Part shown: one piece after another, positions 26,735 to 36,909 of the stretch
Layout: the number at the start of each line of letters is the position of its first letter
Position numbering within the stretch: position 1 is the stretch's first letter
Assembly (NCBI GenBank): GCA_963706595.1
Contig: OY970166.1
Location: 3,456,001 to 3,520,000, forward strand
DNA length: 64,000 nucleotides
DNA from: an uncultured cyanobacterium
Lineage (GTDB): Bacteria > Cyanobacteriota > Cyanobacteriia > Cyanobacteriales > Nostocaceae
Direction: 5' to 3'
Position numbers and translations under genes: made by a program
The notes under the pieces: model-generated
Database searches by the model: none
Seen by the model: only the letters and a program-made list of their open reading frames with translations
What the model was told of the DNA's origin: nothing

Positions 26735-26891
26735 AAAAGCCTCTACATTGCCTATACCGCTATCTTATGCAGGTGAAAAGTTTAATCATCTGAAAAACAT
26801 CTAGTTTGCATTGAAATTTAGATGAAACTCTTGTGGGGTGGGCATCTTGCCCGCCCAGATTATGGAAGCTAAATGTGGAAAACCTGATCGC

Positions 26892-27851
26892 CTAATCAGA
26901 CCTTTTCATTTTGTTAATTTCTTGTTGCAATTCTTCAATTTGTTTTCGCAAAGTTTCTACTTCCTGTGGGGAGGTGTCGGCGGCAACATTTACCGCACCC
27001 GATTTCGTTCGCTGGTAGTTTCCTTGGCGAATTTGCTGGTATTCTTCTGATACTGACCATTCCTGTAAATACCGCAAGCGTTCCACAGGGAAAGGATGGC
27101 TCAACATCGTACCTTGAGCGCCATTGTAAATCAAGAATTTATAGACCTGATTCAGTCCATCGTCATCGAGTGCATGATAATTTTCGGACTGCTTCATAAA
27201 CTCCGGCAAACTGCACTCATGAGCATATTTGATACTGCCACCAGAAACTTTCATCATGGATGACATGACAGTATTTAAGTCATCTATGACTAAGAAAGCC
27301 GCCCGATCTGCGGTTAACTCGGCTTTGCGTCGCCATTCAAAAAAGGCATAAATCAACGCTTGAGAGACGAAATTGCCAATTCCAAAGGTTAAATCTCCCA
27401 AGGCGGAAGCAGCACTCATCGCCCACATCGCCATTTGAATTAAAATAGTATGACCACACTTAATATGCCCCAGTTCATGGGCTAACACTGCCCGAATCTC
27501 GGCTTCGTCGAGTAAGTCTAGTATCCCTGTATTTATGACTATGTAAGGATTCTCTTGCCCCAGGGCATAACTATTGGCTTGGGGGTTCTGCACGACAAAC
27601 AAAGCAGGTTCTGGGTAAATGTCCAAATCTCGCACGCATTCGCGGAACATCTGGTAAATAGTGGAATATTGCCTCGGCCCTACTTGGATGGCGTTGCCCA
27701 TTAGATAGACTAACTGAGGGCGTTCGTAGACAAATTCCACAAATTTACGAGCTATTAAATCAAATCCCGGTAAATTTCGTAAAGCTTCTTCGGCTTGGCG
27801 ATCCAGTGGATGCCTGAAGGCTTCGCTGGAGATTCCTTTGTATGTTGGCAT
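26892..27851 (-). CDS. M48-family zinc metallopeptidase
   Basis: AHELGH (HExxH), AELTADRA, SHPFPVER; C-terminal coiled coil. Confidence 0.92.
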   Translation of the reverse strand: MPTYKGISSEAFRHPLDRQAEEALRNLPGFDLIARKFVEFVYERPQLVYLMGNAIQVGPRQYSTIYQMFRECVRDLDIYPEPALFVVQNPQANSYALGQENPYIVINTGILDLLDEAEIRAVLAHELGHIKCGHTILIQMAMWAMSAASALGDLTFGIGNFVSQALIYAFFEWRRKAELTADRAAFLVIDDLNTVMSSMMKVSGGSIKYAHECSLPEFMKQSENYHALDDDGLNQVYKFLIYNGAQGTMLSHPFPVERLRYLQEWSVSEEYQQIRQGNYQRTKSGAVNVAADTSPQEVETLRKQIEELQQEINKMKRSD

Positions 27852-27961
27852 AATTTAGGGTAGTAACAACTAATGTCTAGACGTGATGAATCGCGTCTCT
27901 ACAAGATAATGGAAATGGGGCGATTGGAATTAGAAATCACTTTGTATGGGATGAAAAGCTT

Positions 27962-29512
27962 GTGATTGAGGCTGAAGTTCATTTGTCACTACATAACTTC
28001 CTGCGATCGCAGGCGGGGTTTCCTTCCTGGCCCCATCATTTAACGATGGCACGGTTGGTAGCACGCGCCTTGCGTTTAGGACGTAGTGCCTTAATTCAAG
28101 TGGGGGCGGTTTCTGGCTATCAAGGTCGTTATCGCACGAGTTTTGTGGCATCGGCTTTGATGTGGCATGGACCTGTAATTATTGTCGCCTCAGCAGCAGT
28201 ACAGCAACGTCTCCTGCAAGTGGAAATTCCCCGTCTCCAACCGTGGCTACAAGCGAATAAACCCATTAGGACAGGTGCAGTTTGGCCGGGAAATGATTTT
28301 CAAGGATTACTCCTCACTTCCCCGGAAGCTTGGTTAAAAGGGCAGTTCACATCTGCTGATAGTTTTCCTCCCGGCATTCCCACAATTATTGATGGGGTAG
28401 ATGATCTAGAAGATTGGGTACGTGATCAGCTTACCCAAGATATTCAACCCCATGATTGGGATCAACTCATGTTAGCTTGTCCCGACCAAGCCGAAATAAT
28501 TCGCACTACACGGGCGCAGCTAACACATAAATTGTTTCAGCATCCACCTAATCCATATCAGTGCTATCTGATTTCCCAGGCAGAAGTAGAGATTCTCAGT
28601 GATTTATATTCACAACTGGAGTCGGTGGAAACATTACCACACCCCTGGAAAGATTTCTGGCAGCAATTCTCTACCAGTAACGAAAATCTCCCGCCATCTA
28701 ATCTCTTCTGGGCAACGATCGCCCGTCGTCAAGGGTTATTTTCTTTACATTACACCCCGATTGAATTAGGCGAAAGTCTCAAGGCTATTTGGCAGAGGCA
28801 ACCAGTGGTATTAATTGGTAGTGCTTTAGAACCTGAAACTGAAGCCCCTCTATTTCGTCAGCGTTTGGGTTTAGATGACGTAACTTGTTTGAAGTTTTCC
28901 AATGATCATCAAGGGACAGCAATTCAATTGTATGTCCCCCATAAGTTACCTTTACCCAATACTCCAGAGTTTCAAGCCGCATTTATTCACAAGGTTCGGA
29001 CACTGCTTTGTCTGAGTGCCGCAGCCCCAGGTTTAACGGTGGTATTAGTGGGAGATGTGCCACTGAAGGCTCAAGTAGGTGCTATTTTGGCTTCAGAGTT
29101 CGGTTCACGGGTACAGGTGGAAAAAACTTGTTTGGATGAGAATGGGATTTTGATCAGTGGCTGGGAATTTTGGCGATCGCATCAATCGGTTTTACCAGCC
29201 CCCCATCTATTAATTATTGCCACTTTGCCGTTACCATCTTTAGAAAATCCCCTGGTGGCTGGTAGAGTTGCTCATTACAAGCGATCGCATCAAGATTGGT
29301 TTCGGTTATTTTTGTTACCAACGGCTTTGAATGAATTACAACGAGCGATCGCACCAGTCAGAGAAAGTCAAGGTATTGTGGCTTTACTAGACAGCCGTGT
29401 AGTTAATCGTAGCTATGGCGCACAAGTGCTGGCTGTTCTTAGTCCTCTAGCACGGATTAACTACCTTGATCCCAGCCTCTTTTCCCATCCGAGTGAAGAA
29501 GATCCCGGATAG
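27962..29512 (+). CDS. DinG-like helicase C-terminal domain protein with degenerate motor motifs
   Basis: LIIATLPLPS, LQRAIAPVR, VALLDSRV..RSYG (DinG motif V/VI-like). Confidence 0.8.
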   Translation: MIEAEVHLSLHNFLRSQAGFPSWPHHLTMARLVARALRLGRSALIQVGAVSGYQGRYRTSFVASALMWHGPVIIVASAAVQQRLLQVEIPRLQPWLQANKPIRTGAVWPGNDFQGLLLTSPEAWLKGQFTSADSFPPGIPTIIDGVDDLEDWVRDQLTQDIQPHDWDQLMLACPDQAEIIRTTRAQLTHKLFQHPPNPYQCYLISQAEVEILSDLYSQLESVETLPHPWKDFWQQFSTSNENLPPSNLFWATIARRQGLFSLHYTPIELGESLKAIWQRQPVVLIGSALEPETEAPLFRQRLGLDDVTCLKFSNDHQGTAIQLYVPHKLPLPNTPEFQAAFIHKVRTLLCLSAAAPGLTVVLVGDVPLKAQVGAILASEFGSRVQVEKTCLDENGILISGWEFWRSHQSVLPAPHLLIIATLPLPSLENPLVAGRVAHYKRSHQDWFRLFLLPTALNELQRAIAPVRESQGIVALLDSRVVNRSYGAQVLAVLSPLARINYLDPSLFSHPSEEDPG

Positions 29513-29627
29513 TTGAGTATTTACGTTTTGTCAATTCTAGAGCGATCGCCTCCTAGAGCTTGCTATCATCAATTTTGGTGCAAGTTATGTTTAAACCTAA
29601 AACCTCATTAAATTTGAATTCCTAATT

Positions 29628-29840
29628 ATGGGTGAAGCAAAGCGTCGTAAAACTACACTGGGAGATAACTACGGTCAAGATACACGCATCTTACCTTGGG
29701 TTCCCATCACCAAAACCCAATCTCAAAAGTTTATGGAGTTAACTACTCGTAGTACTTGGTTCTGTATTGGTGCGATCGTTGTCGCCTGGATAACTATCCG
29801 TTTTATCGGTCCCGCCTTCGGTTGGTGGGAAGTAGTATAG
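29628..29840 (+). CDS. DUF2839 family small membrane protein
   Basis: MGEAKRRK...RFIGPAFGWW. Confidence 0.85.
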   Translation: MGEAKRRKTTLGDNYGQDTRILPWVPITKTQSQKFMELTTRSTWFCIGAIVVAWITIRFIGPAFGWWEVV

Positions 29841-30549
29841 TGAACATTTCTCAATTTTGAGTTTCTGGGTAGCTGTTGCAGCATCACCTCAAGAAATGAA
29901 CACATACTGGCGAAATGGCAACATACTTATTCAATGTCCAGTTATTCTCAGTGTTAAGCCATAGCTATTGAGCATACTTATTAGCTCATGTTCGTAAAAT
30001 TACCTCAGTAATTCTTAACTATTCCTCCCACACAGCCCAATTAAATTATCCACCCAACTCTATAGTTTTAGGAGGATTACACTCTGTGTACCCAATACTT
30101 TAACCGCCCTAAACTTTTATTAAGAGACGCATAGACTGACAACATCATTAGGGATATAAAAAATACTGAAGTGGTTTTAAAGCCTTTGCCAGAGAAGAGC
30201 TTGGCAGTATATGTCAAAAAAAAATCCGCTCCGTAGCTTTTATGTTGTTTACCAATACCAAATTTGCGTTACGCTTAAGACGGAATACCTTGAGCTTAAG
30301 CATTTAATTAGACAGACATACTCTGAAAAAAGGTTAAATTTATCAAATCTGTCTGATCAATCAAACTGAAAAATTGAATAGTTTGATACGGTAAGCTGAA
30401 TATTTATCTACTACCCTAAGCAAGGTAGTCATCTAACGATTTCGTGAAATTCTGGTAAATGTAATCAATAGTTTACAATACCAGTGGATGAAAAAAGCTA
30501 AAAAAAATATAAAAGAGACTAAAATCACTGTGGTGTCTGGAGGAAAAAC

Positions 30550-30894
30550 GTGTTTCTGAGACTAGCGCATCAACACCGACAATTCGTCCAAGACTTGGTA
30601 ATGAACCTACAAGCCTTGGCAATTGTACTAGAACGACGCGGATATCCTGCGTCCTGTTACACCTGCGGCGACCAGATGAATAGTGCTTCGTTTATGGTTA
30701 GCTTGGGCGACAATCACTTGATTCGATTCTTGGTATCCGATTACGGGATTACTTGGACCGAAATGCGAGACGACCGCGAGTTAATGAAACTAGAGGGTGC
30801 AGAAGCAATTAATCAGTTGCAAGAACTGGCTAATCTTGTCAAACAATTTACACCAGCTAGTTCAGGTAATAAAACCCTGGCCAAAAAGTGCTAG
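30550..30894 (+). CDS. DUF1815 family protein
   Basis: MFLRLAHQHRQFVQDLV...ASCYTCG...IRFLVSDYGITWTE. Confidence 0.85.
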   Translation: MFLRLAHQHRQFVQDLVMNLQALAIVLERRGYPASCYTCGDQMNSASFMVSLGDNHLIRFLVSDYGITWTEMRDDRELMKLEGAEAINQLQELANLVKQFTPASSGNKTLAKKC

Positions 30895-31124
30895 GGCTGA
30901 CTGTATCTGATGCAGGTACTTCAAAACAGGTTCCAATAGTCGCTCTCGCATTGGAAACCTATGGCTAGTAATTGGTAATAGGTAATTGTGGCTGAGTTTG
31001 CCATACCACATTACCTATTTAAAATTACTCGGAAATTATTTGCTTATTGCTGGGCTGTCAAGTATTTTAAGTTCGTTAATTAAAACTTTATGAGACAATT
31101 CTTTCAGATTTAAGCTTCTCAGGT

Positions 31125-32402
31125 CTAAAGACACTGAGATTTCTGAAGAGTCCATAAAAGAACTTTCTTAGGCTGACTCAAACAGCCTCTACCTACTCCA
31201 CTTAAGTTAAACTTAAATATTGTAGCTACTTTGCGGATAATATTTGCAGCACCGTTACAGTCTGCATTTATTTTGATTCCAGTTAAAGTTTTAAACAAAC
31301 CGCGATTTGTTCTGATACCACTACTTTTCCACCTTTCGGGTTTTGCACCAAATGTAGGTAGAACATCATTATCTAAAAACGATGATTTTGAGGTATAGCT
31401 TTCTTCGGTTTCAATAAAATCTATTCCGTATTGTTCACATAACTGTTCAATACGGTTTTTTAGTTTGGCTGTGGGGATTTGAACAAACTTTTGATTGTTC
31501 TTTTTACCCATATCAGCACTGTCTTTCTGATCTGTATTCCAACCAAAAACAATTGAACCAATTTTGTTTTCTAAGCAGTGGTTGATTATAATTCTCGCTG
31601 CTTTATTTACAGCCTCGCGCATCTGTCTATTACGCCTTTCTGTGATTGCCGCAAGTCTGTTAGACCAAAAACCTTGAGGTTTATTCTCTTTGATTTTGGC
31701 GACCGATTTGTTGTACCACTGATTTAAGCTTTTGAGATGTAATCCATCCACAATAAAGGACGTACCTACATTAGAAACACAGGTTAGCCAATTGTTTATT
31801 CCGTGGTCAATCCCTAAAACTTTTGATTTATCAAGTTCGATAGTTTCTGTCTGTTGTTGATCAACAAACTCGGCATAAAAACACCTGTTTCGCGGTAAGA
31901 TTCTCACTTCTCTAATAGATTTAAAATCCAGGTTTGATGGCATTGGGAGATAAAACGCATCAACATCAAACCAGGTTTTCACCAAACTACCTAGCGGAAA
32001 CCGTATTTTTCCGTCTTTTAATTTAAGAGAGCGTCCGGTGAAAGTTGCTAATGCTAAACCACCCGATACTCTGTAATTTGGTAATCTTGGCTTTTGAGTA
32101 ACAGTTCCTTTTTTTATACCTTTTAGCAGCCCCACGTAGGACTTAAAGGACTCAGCCACTCGAGTTAATATTTGCTGCGCTGTATCAGAGTACAAAGCTT
32201 GATAGTGCTTGTTTTTCTGAATAGTGCCTAATTGTTTATGTAAATCAGCTTTGCTAGGAAATTTGCCAGTCTTAAAATAATATTGACGACTGTAATAAAC
32301 TCCACAATTAATCAAGTTATTTGCTTCTGTACAAACATATTCAAGCAAAGCTTTTAGTTTGTTGTCTGGACTAATCAGATTTTGCTGACATCCGTAAAGC
32401 AT
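31125..32402 (-). CDS. tnpB: RNA-guided endonuclease TnpB (InsQ/OrfB family)
   Basis: VLGIDHG (RuvC-I), ETEESYTSK, INADCNGAANI (RuvC-III); 425 aa, uninterrupted. Confidence 0.95.
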   Translation of the reverse strand: MLYGCQQNLISPDNKLKALLEYVCTEANNLINCGVYYSRQYYFKTGKFPSKADLHKQLGTIQKNKHYQALYSDTAQQILTRVAESFKSYVGLLKGIKKGTVTQKPRLPNYRVSGGLALATFTGRSLKLKDGKIRFPLGSLVKTWFDVDAFYLPMPSNLDFKSIREVRILPRNRCFYAEFVDQQQTETIELDKSKVLGIDHGINNWLTCVSNVGTSFIVDGLHLKSLNQWYNKSVAKIKENKPQGFWSNRLAAITERRNRQMREAVNKAARIIINHCLENKIGSIVFGWNTDQKDSADMGKKNNQKFVQIPTAKLKNRIEQLCEQYGIDFIETEESYTSKSSFLDNDVLPTFGAKPERWKSSGIRTNRGLFKTLTGIKINADCNGAANIIRKVATIFKFNLSGVGRGCLSQPKKVLLWTLQKSQCL

Positions 32403-32458
32403 TTTTTAACTTACAATGTTACTATATATTAGTATATCAATATAAAAAGCAAATAGCA

Positions 32459-32641
32459 ATGCCGTTTCAAAAAAAGCATAAACTAGGCTTTACAAGCAAT
32501 CAACCGTTTGATAAAAACCCCGTTTGTTTTAAAGTTCCGCCCGGTGTCAAGGACAAACTAAAAACTATCCCTGACTGGCAAGAACGATTAAGAGAGTTTG
32601 TTGATAGACTTATTGATGAGGTAAAGATTGAAGGCGATTAA
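32459..32641 (+). CDS. Small ribbon-helix-helix-like protein divergent from tnpB
   Basis: 60 aa; PVCFKVP (strand), GVKDKLKT (helix), WQERLREFVDRLI (helix); lies inside the element. Confidence 0.65.
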   Translation: MPFQKKHKLGFTSNQPFDKNPVCFKVPPGVKDKLKTIPDWQERLREFVDRLIDEVKIEGD

Positions 32642-32648
32642 AATCGTT

Positions 32649-32785
32649 TCTCCTTCGGAGACGCTACGCTGTAAGCGTATCGCTAAAGCGAAAGCTCCGC
32701 TAACGCGGTAGCGTGCCGGAGGCTCTAGCTATGCCGTTGGCGTTCGCGTAGCGTGTCGCAGACAAGCCTCTCGAAGAGAAGGCTT
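32649..32785. repeat. Cluster of nested small dispersed GC-rich repeats (SDR-like)
   Basis: TCTCCTTCGGAGACGCTACGC, AAGCTCCGCTAACGC, GTTCGCGTAGCGTGTCGCAGACAAG, CCTCTCGAAGAGAAG; relatives near 2716, 25652, 54671, 55770 and 61047. Confidence 0.7.
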
Positions 32786-32878
32786 TACGTGTCGCTTACC
32801 TCTCAGCACTGAAGTGAGTGAGCTTCCCGCATACCGTGTATTTTTGTGAAAAATTCATAGCTGTTAAGAAACTCAAAA

Positions 32879-33379
32879 ATGTCGGAAAAACAACCAATTC
32901 CAGCACAATTACCACCAACCAGCGCCATTGAAATTCCATCGAACCAGGAATTTGAGAGTTGGTTTGAATATCCGGTGAGAGTGCAACCCCATCATACTGA
33001 CTATGCTGGTGTCGTCTGGCATGGTAGTTATATCGCTTGGATGGAAGAAGCACGCGTAGAATGCTTGAGATCCATCGGCATTGATTTTGCTGATTTAGTA
33101 GCATTAGGCTGCGACTTACCAGTTGTAGAACTTTCAGTCCGCTATCACCGTTCAATTCAGTTAGGAATGGCTGTAATTGTCAAAATACGCATCACTGAAG
33201 TCACTGGTGTCCGCATGAACTGGGATTATGGAATTGTCTCAACTGATGGACAGCAATTATATACTACGGCTAAAGTGACATTAGTAGCACTGGATCGCGA
33301 AAGAGGTAAAATAATGCGTCAACTACCTGCAACTGTTAAAGACGCGTTAGCTAAGATTTCCACGTTACCCAATAATTAA
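32879..33379 (+). CDS. Acyl-CoA thioesterase (YbgC/4HBT hot-dog family)
   Basis: VRVQPHHTDYAGVVWHGSYIAWMEEARVE. Confidence 0.92.
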   Translation: MSEKQPIPAQLPPTSAIEIPSNQEFESWFEYPVRVQPHHTDYAGVVWHGSYIAWMEEARVECLRSIGIDFADLVALGCDLPVVELSVRYHRSIQLGMAVIVKIRITEVTGVRMNWDYGIVSTDGQQLYTTAKVTLVALDRERGKIMRQLPATVKDALAKISTLPNN

Positions 33380-33524
33380 CAACACAAGGGTGAAGAATGC
33401 AGATGCTTGGCAAACAGATGATTGCAGGTTTGCTGGAAGATATTCTTCTTCATCCTTGGTTCTGTTGCAAATTATAGCCGTATTCACATAAGCACTCTCT
33501 TGTAAAGAAGCGATAAATCGCGTC

Positions 33525-33719
33525 TTAGTTCGGCGAAATTGTTTGAGCAATAAGCATGATCTGATGCCAAATATCTTGAGGTGTAATCCCAAAACCGATA
33601 TTTAATAAAACCAGGATTGCCGCAATTGTTAAGGCATTCTTCAAAGTAGTTTTAATAATTTTAAACAAGATTACGAATACTATCCAAGCCAGAATTAGGG
33701 TAGGAATCATCAATATCAA
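33525..33719 (-). CDS. Small two-TM hypothetical protein
   Basis: Two hydrophobic helices and FGITPQDIW motif; start uncertain. Confidence 0.7.
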   Translation of the reverse strand: MILMIPTLILAWIVFVILFKIIKTTLKNALTIAAILVLLNIGFGITPQDIWHQIMLIAQTISPN

Positions 33720-33984
33720 TTCCTTAAAAATATCCCTTGTTTAAGGGTTACAGTAAATATTTATTGAGCGAACAATTACTGTTAAATAATTTGTTTTATC
33801 CAAACTGTAATAACTCTTACTACTAAGTTTTTACTAGAAGTTTGAAGTAATTGTTATATGCTAAGTATACTAGAAAAGTTTCCTAAATTTTGGCTGAACA
33901 GAGTCTTTTATATAATAAATTAGTAAATTTTTTGGCTTGATTGTTAAATATATATAAATTATTGAATTACATCAAGCTGAAAAC

Positions 33985-34021
33985 TAGTGAGGAGTGGTTG
34001 CTGAAATAACCATCCTCACTA
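33985..34021 (-). terminator. Stem-loop downstream of dxr
   Basis: TAGTGAGGA...TCCTCACTA inverted repeat, followed by GTTTT on the - strand. Confidence 0.5.
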
Positions 34022-34044
34022 ATATTTTTGTGCTATCGAGTTGT

Positions 34045-35241
34045 TTAGTGTAACGAAATCACCTGCGAAGAAGATTCTAACTTGTTAGCGACTGTTAAAA
34101 CTTCTTGCCTTGCCCATTTATCTGCTGCCAAAATGTCATCTAAAGCCGGATTTGTACAGTTATCATTTTGATGGCGATCGCACACCAATTCGATACATCG
34201 GGGAATATCTAAAAATTGAATTTTCTCCTCTAAAAATAACGCCACAACCTGTTCATTGGCAGCATTTAACACCGCCGGCATCGAACCCCCAGCCCTACCA
34301 GCCGCATAAGCCAACTGCATACAAGGATACTTCTGATGGTCTGGTTCACGGAAAGTTAAATTACCAGCTTTCACCAAATCCAGCCTTTCCCAGTCAGTGT
34401 AAATCCGCTCAGGCCAAGATAAAGCATAGAGTAAAGGTAAACGCATATCCGGCCAACCAAGTTGAGCTAAAACAGATGTATCTTGCAACTCAATCAGCGA
34501 GTGAATAATACTCTGGGGATGAATGACAATATCAATATCTTCATAATCCAAGCCAAACAGAAAGTGAGCTTCAATCACTTCCAGACCCTTGTTCATCAAA
34601 GTAGCCGAGTCTACGGTGATTTTCCGCCCCATCGACCAGTTTGGATGCTTCAGCGCATCAGCAACCTTCACCTGGGCTAACTTTTCTACATCCCAATCAC
34701 GGAAAGCCCCACCCGAAGCCGTGAGCAAAATTCGCCGCAAGCCACCCTTGGGAATACCTTGGAGACATTGAAATATGGCTGAATGCTCAGAATCAGCAGG
34801 CAATAATTTTACACCATGTTTTTCTACTAGAGGTAAAACCACCGGACCACCAGCAATCAAAGTTTCTTTATTGGCCAAGGCGATATCTTTACCAGCTTCA
34901 ATCGCGGCGATGGTTGGTAATAAACCAGCACAACCCACAATCCCTGTAACCACAGTTTCTGCATCACCATAACGAGCGACTTCTATCACCCCAGAAATAC
35001 CAGCGAGTAGAATCGGTTGGGGATCAAGGTCTTTGATTGCTTCTTGGAGTTCTGGCAATTTCTCCTCAGCCGAAATCGCCGCTATACTTGGTCGAAACTG
35101 CCGAATTTGAGCCGCCAACATCTCCACATTACTCCCAGCAGCCAATCCCACAATCCGAAACTGATCTGGATACTGAGTAACGATATCTAAAGTTTGAGTA
35201 CCGATGGAGCCAGTAGAACCAACAAGAGTAATAGCTTTCAC
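34045..35241 (-). CDS. dxr: 1-deoxy-D-xylulose-5-phosphate reductoisomerase
   Basis: [40 protein letters not shown]; likely GTG start at 35241. Confidence 0.98.
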   Translation of the reverse strand: MKAITLVGSTGSIGTQTLDIVTQYPDQFRIVGLAAGSNVEMLAAQIRQFRPSIAAISAEEKLPELQEAIKDLDPQPILLAGISGVIEVARYGDAETVVTGIVGCAGLLPTIAAIEAGKDIALANKETLIAGGPVVLPLVEKHGVKLLPADSEHSAIFQCLQGIPKGGLRRILLTASGGAFRDWDVEKLAQVKVADALKHPNWSMGRKITVDSATLMNKGLEVIEAHFLFGLDYEDIDIVIHPQSIIHSLIELQDTSVLAQLGWPDMRLPLLYALSWPERIYTDWERLDLVKAGNLTFREPDHQKYPCMQLAYAAGRAGGSMPAVLNAANEQVVALFLEEKIQFLDIPRCIELVCDRHQNDNCTNPALDDILAADKWARQEVLTVANKLESSSQVISLH

Positions 35242-35460
35242 AATTGCTTTAAAATTTACAAACAACTTCCAGTTTGACATTCTCCCGCCCCAGATGGCTG
35301 ATGATTCTGAGACTGAATATCGCCCCTCTGGGTTTTTCTCATCTATAGTTGACACCTTTGCACCCAAAATTTTGAAATAATACTTGGGATTGTAGTTTCA
35401 GTAGTTTTAGGCAATAATTAGGAGAATACAGGTAGTTAATTATGTTTTTCAAATATTAAA

Positions 35461-36882
35461 ATGCTGACTAAAGATATGTTTTTAGGGCGATGGCACAAAG
35501 GACTCATTAAACCTAGTGCTGTTGCTTGGATGATTGGTGTGAGTACTTTAATTTTATTTGCCGCTAGTAGTTTAAGACATAGTTTATTTCAATCAACTGC
35601 TTTTGACTTAGGTATTTTTGACCAAGCCTCTTACTTAATTAGTCAAGGTCAAAGCCCTATCTCTTCTTTCATCGGATTCCACATTTTCGGTGATCATGCT
35701 GCTTGGATTTTTTATCCTTTAGCTCTATTTTATAAAATCTATCCCAGCGTTTATTGGTTATTTGCCATCCAAGCGTTTTCTTTATCTTTAGGTGCTTTAC
35801 CGACGTATTATTTAGCCATTGTAGCAGGATTAAAAGAGAGCCAAGCAATGGCTATGGCTGTTGTATATTTGTTGTATCCAGTTGTTTTTAATGCCAACTT
35901 ATTTGATTTCCATCCTGAAGTTATTGCTGTTCCTTTACTGCTAAGTGCAATTTTAGCAGCACGCCAACGAAAGATAGCTTGGTTTTGCTTATCGATGATT
36001 GTAGTTTTGGGATGTAAAGCAGTACTTTCCCTGACTGTTGTAGCAATGGGTTTTTATTTAATCTTGTGTGAGAAGCGACGTTTGTGTGGTGCGATCGCTA
36101 TTTTTTCAGGTGTGAGTTGGTTTTTAATCGCTACTCAAATAATTATTCCTGTATTTAGTGGTAGAGAAGCAGCAGCAGTAGGGCGTTATAGCTACTTAGG
36201 TAATTCAGTTTTTGAAATTGTTAAAAATTTAATATTTAACCCAGGAGTAATCCTTGTAAATCTTTTTTCACTAGATAACTTTGGATATTTAATTTTGTTA
36301 TTTTTACCTATAATTTGGGGTCTTTCCTCTGCTAGCTTCAAACCCTTAATACCTGCTATTCCCTGTATATTACTTAACTTATTAGCTGATTATCAAGCCC
36401 AAAAAGATTTGGTTCATCAATATTCATTACCAGCTTTACCATTTCTAATACTAGCTGTAATTGCTAGTTTGGCTGTAGGTAAAGGATGGCTGCAACATAG
36501 ACGAGGAATTATTATCTGGTCATTAATCGCATTTCTGTGTTTGGCAAAATTCACCCATTTTGGCGGTAGATATTTGAGATATTTAGATAATTTGCAAGCC
36601 ACACAGCAAGCAGTTTCCTTAGTGTCACCCCAAGGAGGTGTTTATACAACAGCCCAAATTTCTCCACATTTAAGTCACCGCAAACTAATTAAGTTCACAG
36701 ATGCTAGTTCTCCTGCAATTGACTTGCATATTTTTGATTATGTATTATTGAATGTACGTCATCCAGGTTGGGGAAGTAATGAAGAATTTGCTAATAGCTT
36801 AGTAAATAAACTAAAATCTGAACCTAGATTTAAATTACAATTTCAAAGTGACGATGTGTATTTATTCAATAAGCATTTATAA
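35461..36882 (+). CDS. DUF2079 family multi-pass membrane protein (GT-C-like)
   Basis: AFDLGIFDQ, GDHA, FDFHPE motifs; many TM segments. Confidence 0.85.
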   Translation: MLTKDMFLGRWHKGLIKPSAVAWMIGVSTLILFAASSLRHSLFQSTAFDLGIFDQASYLISQGQSPISSFIGFHIFGDHAAWIFYPLALFYKIYPSVYWLFAIQAFSLSLGALPTYYLAIVAGLKESQAMAMAVVYLLYPVVFNANLFDFHPEVIAVPLLLSAILAARQRKIAWFCLSMIVVLGCKAVLSLTVVAMGFYLILCEKRRLCGAIAIFSGVSWFLIATQIIIPVFSGREAAAVGRYSYLGNSVFEIVKNLIFNPGVILVNLFSLDNFGYLILLFLPIIWGLSSASFKPLIPAIPCILLNLLADYQAQKDLVHQYSLPALPFLILAVIASLAVGKGWLQHRRGIIIWSLIAFLCLAKFTHFGGRYLRYLDNLQATQQAVSLVSPQGGVYTTAQISPHLSHRKLIKFTDASSPAIDLHIFDYVLLNVRHPGWGSNEEFANSLVNKLKSEPRFKLQFQSDDVYLFNKHL

Positions 36883-36909
36883 CTTTGGTCAAACATAAAA
36901 ACCCAAAAA

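Larger units (their letters stand above)
31110..32848 (-). mobile_element. IS200/IS605-superfamily element without tnpA (IS1341-like)
   Basis: Right-end hairpin TCTCAGTGTCTTTAGACCTGAGA-AGCTTAA overlapping the tnpB stop; left-end-like hairpin near 32795-32830; left boundary approximate. Confidence 0.8.
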
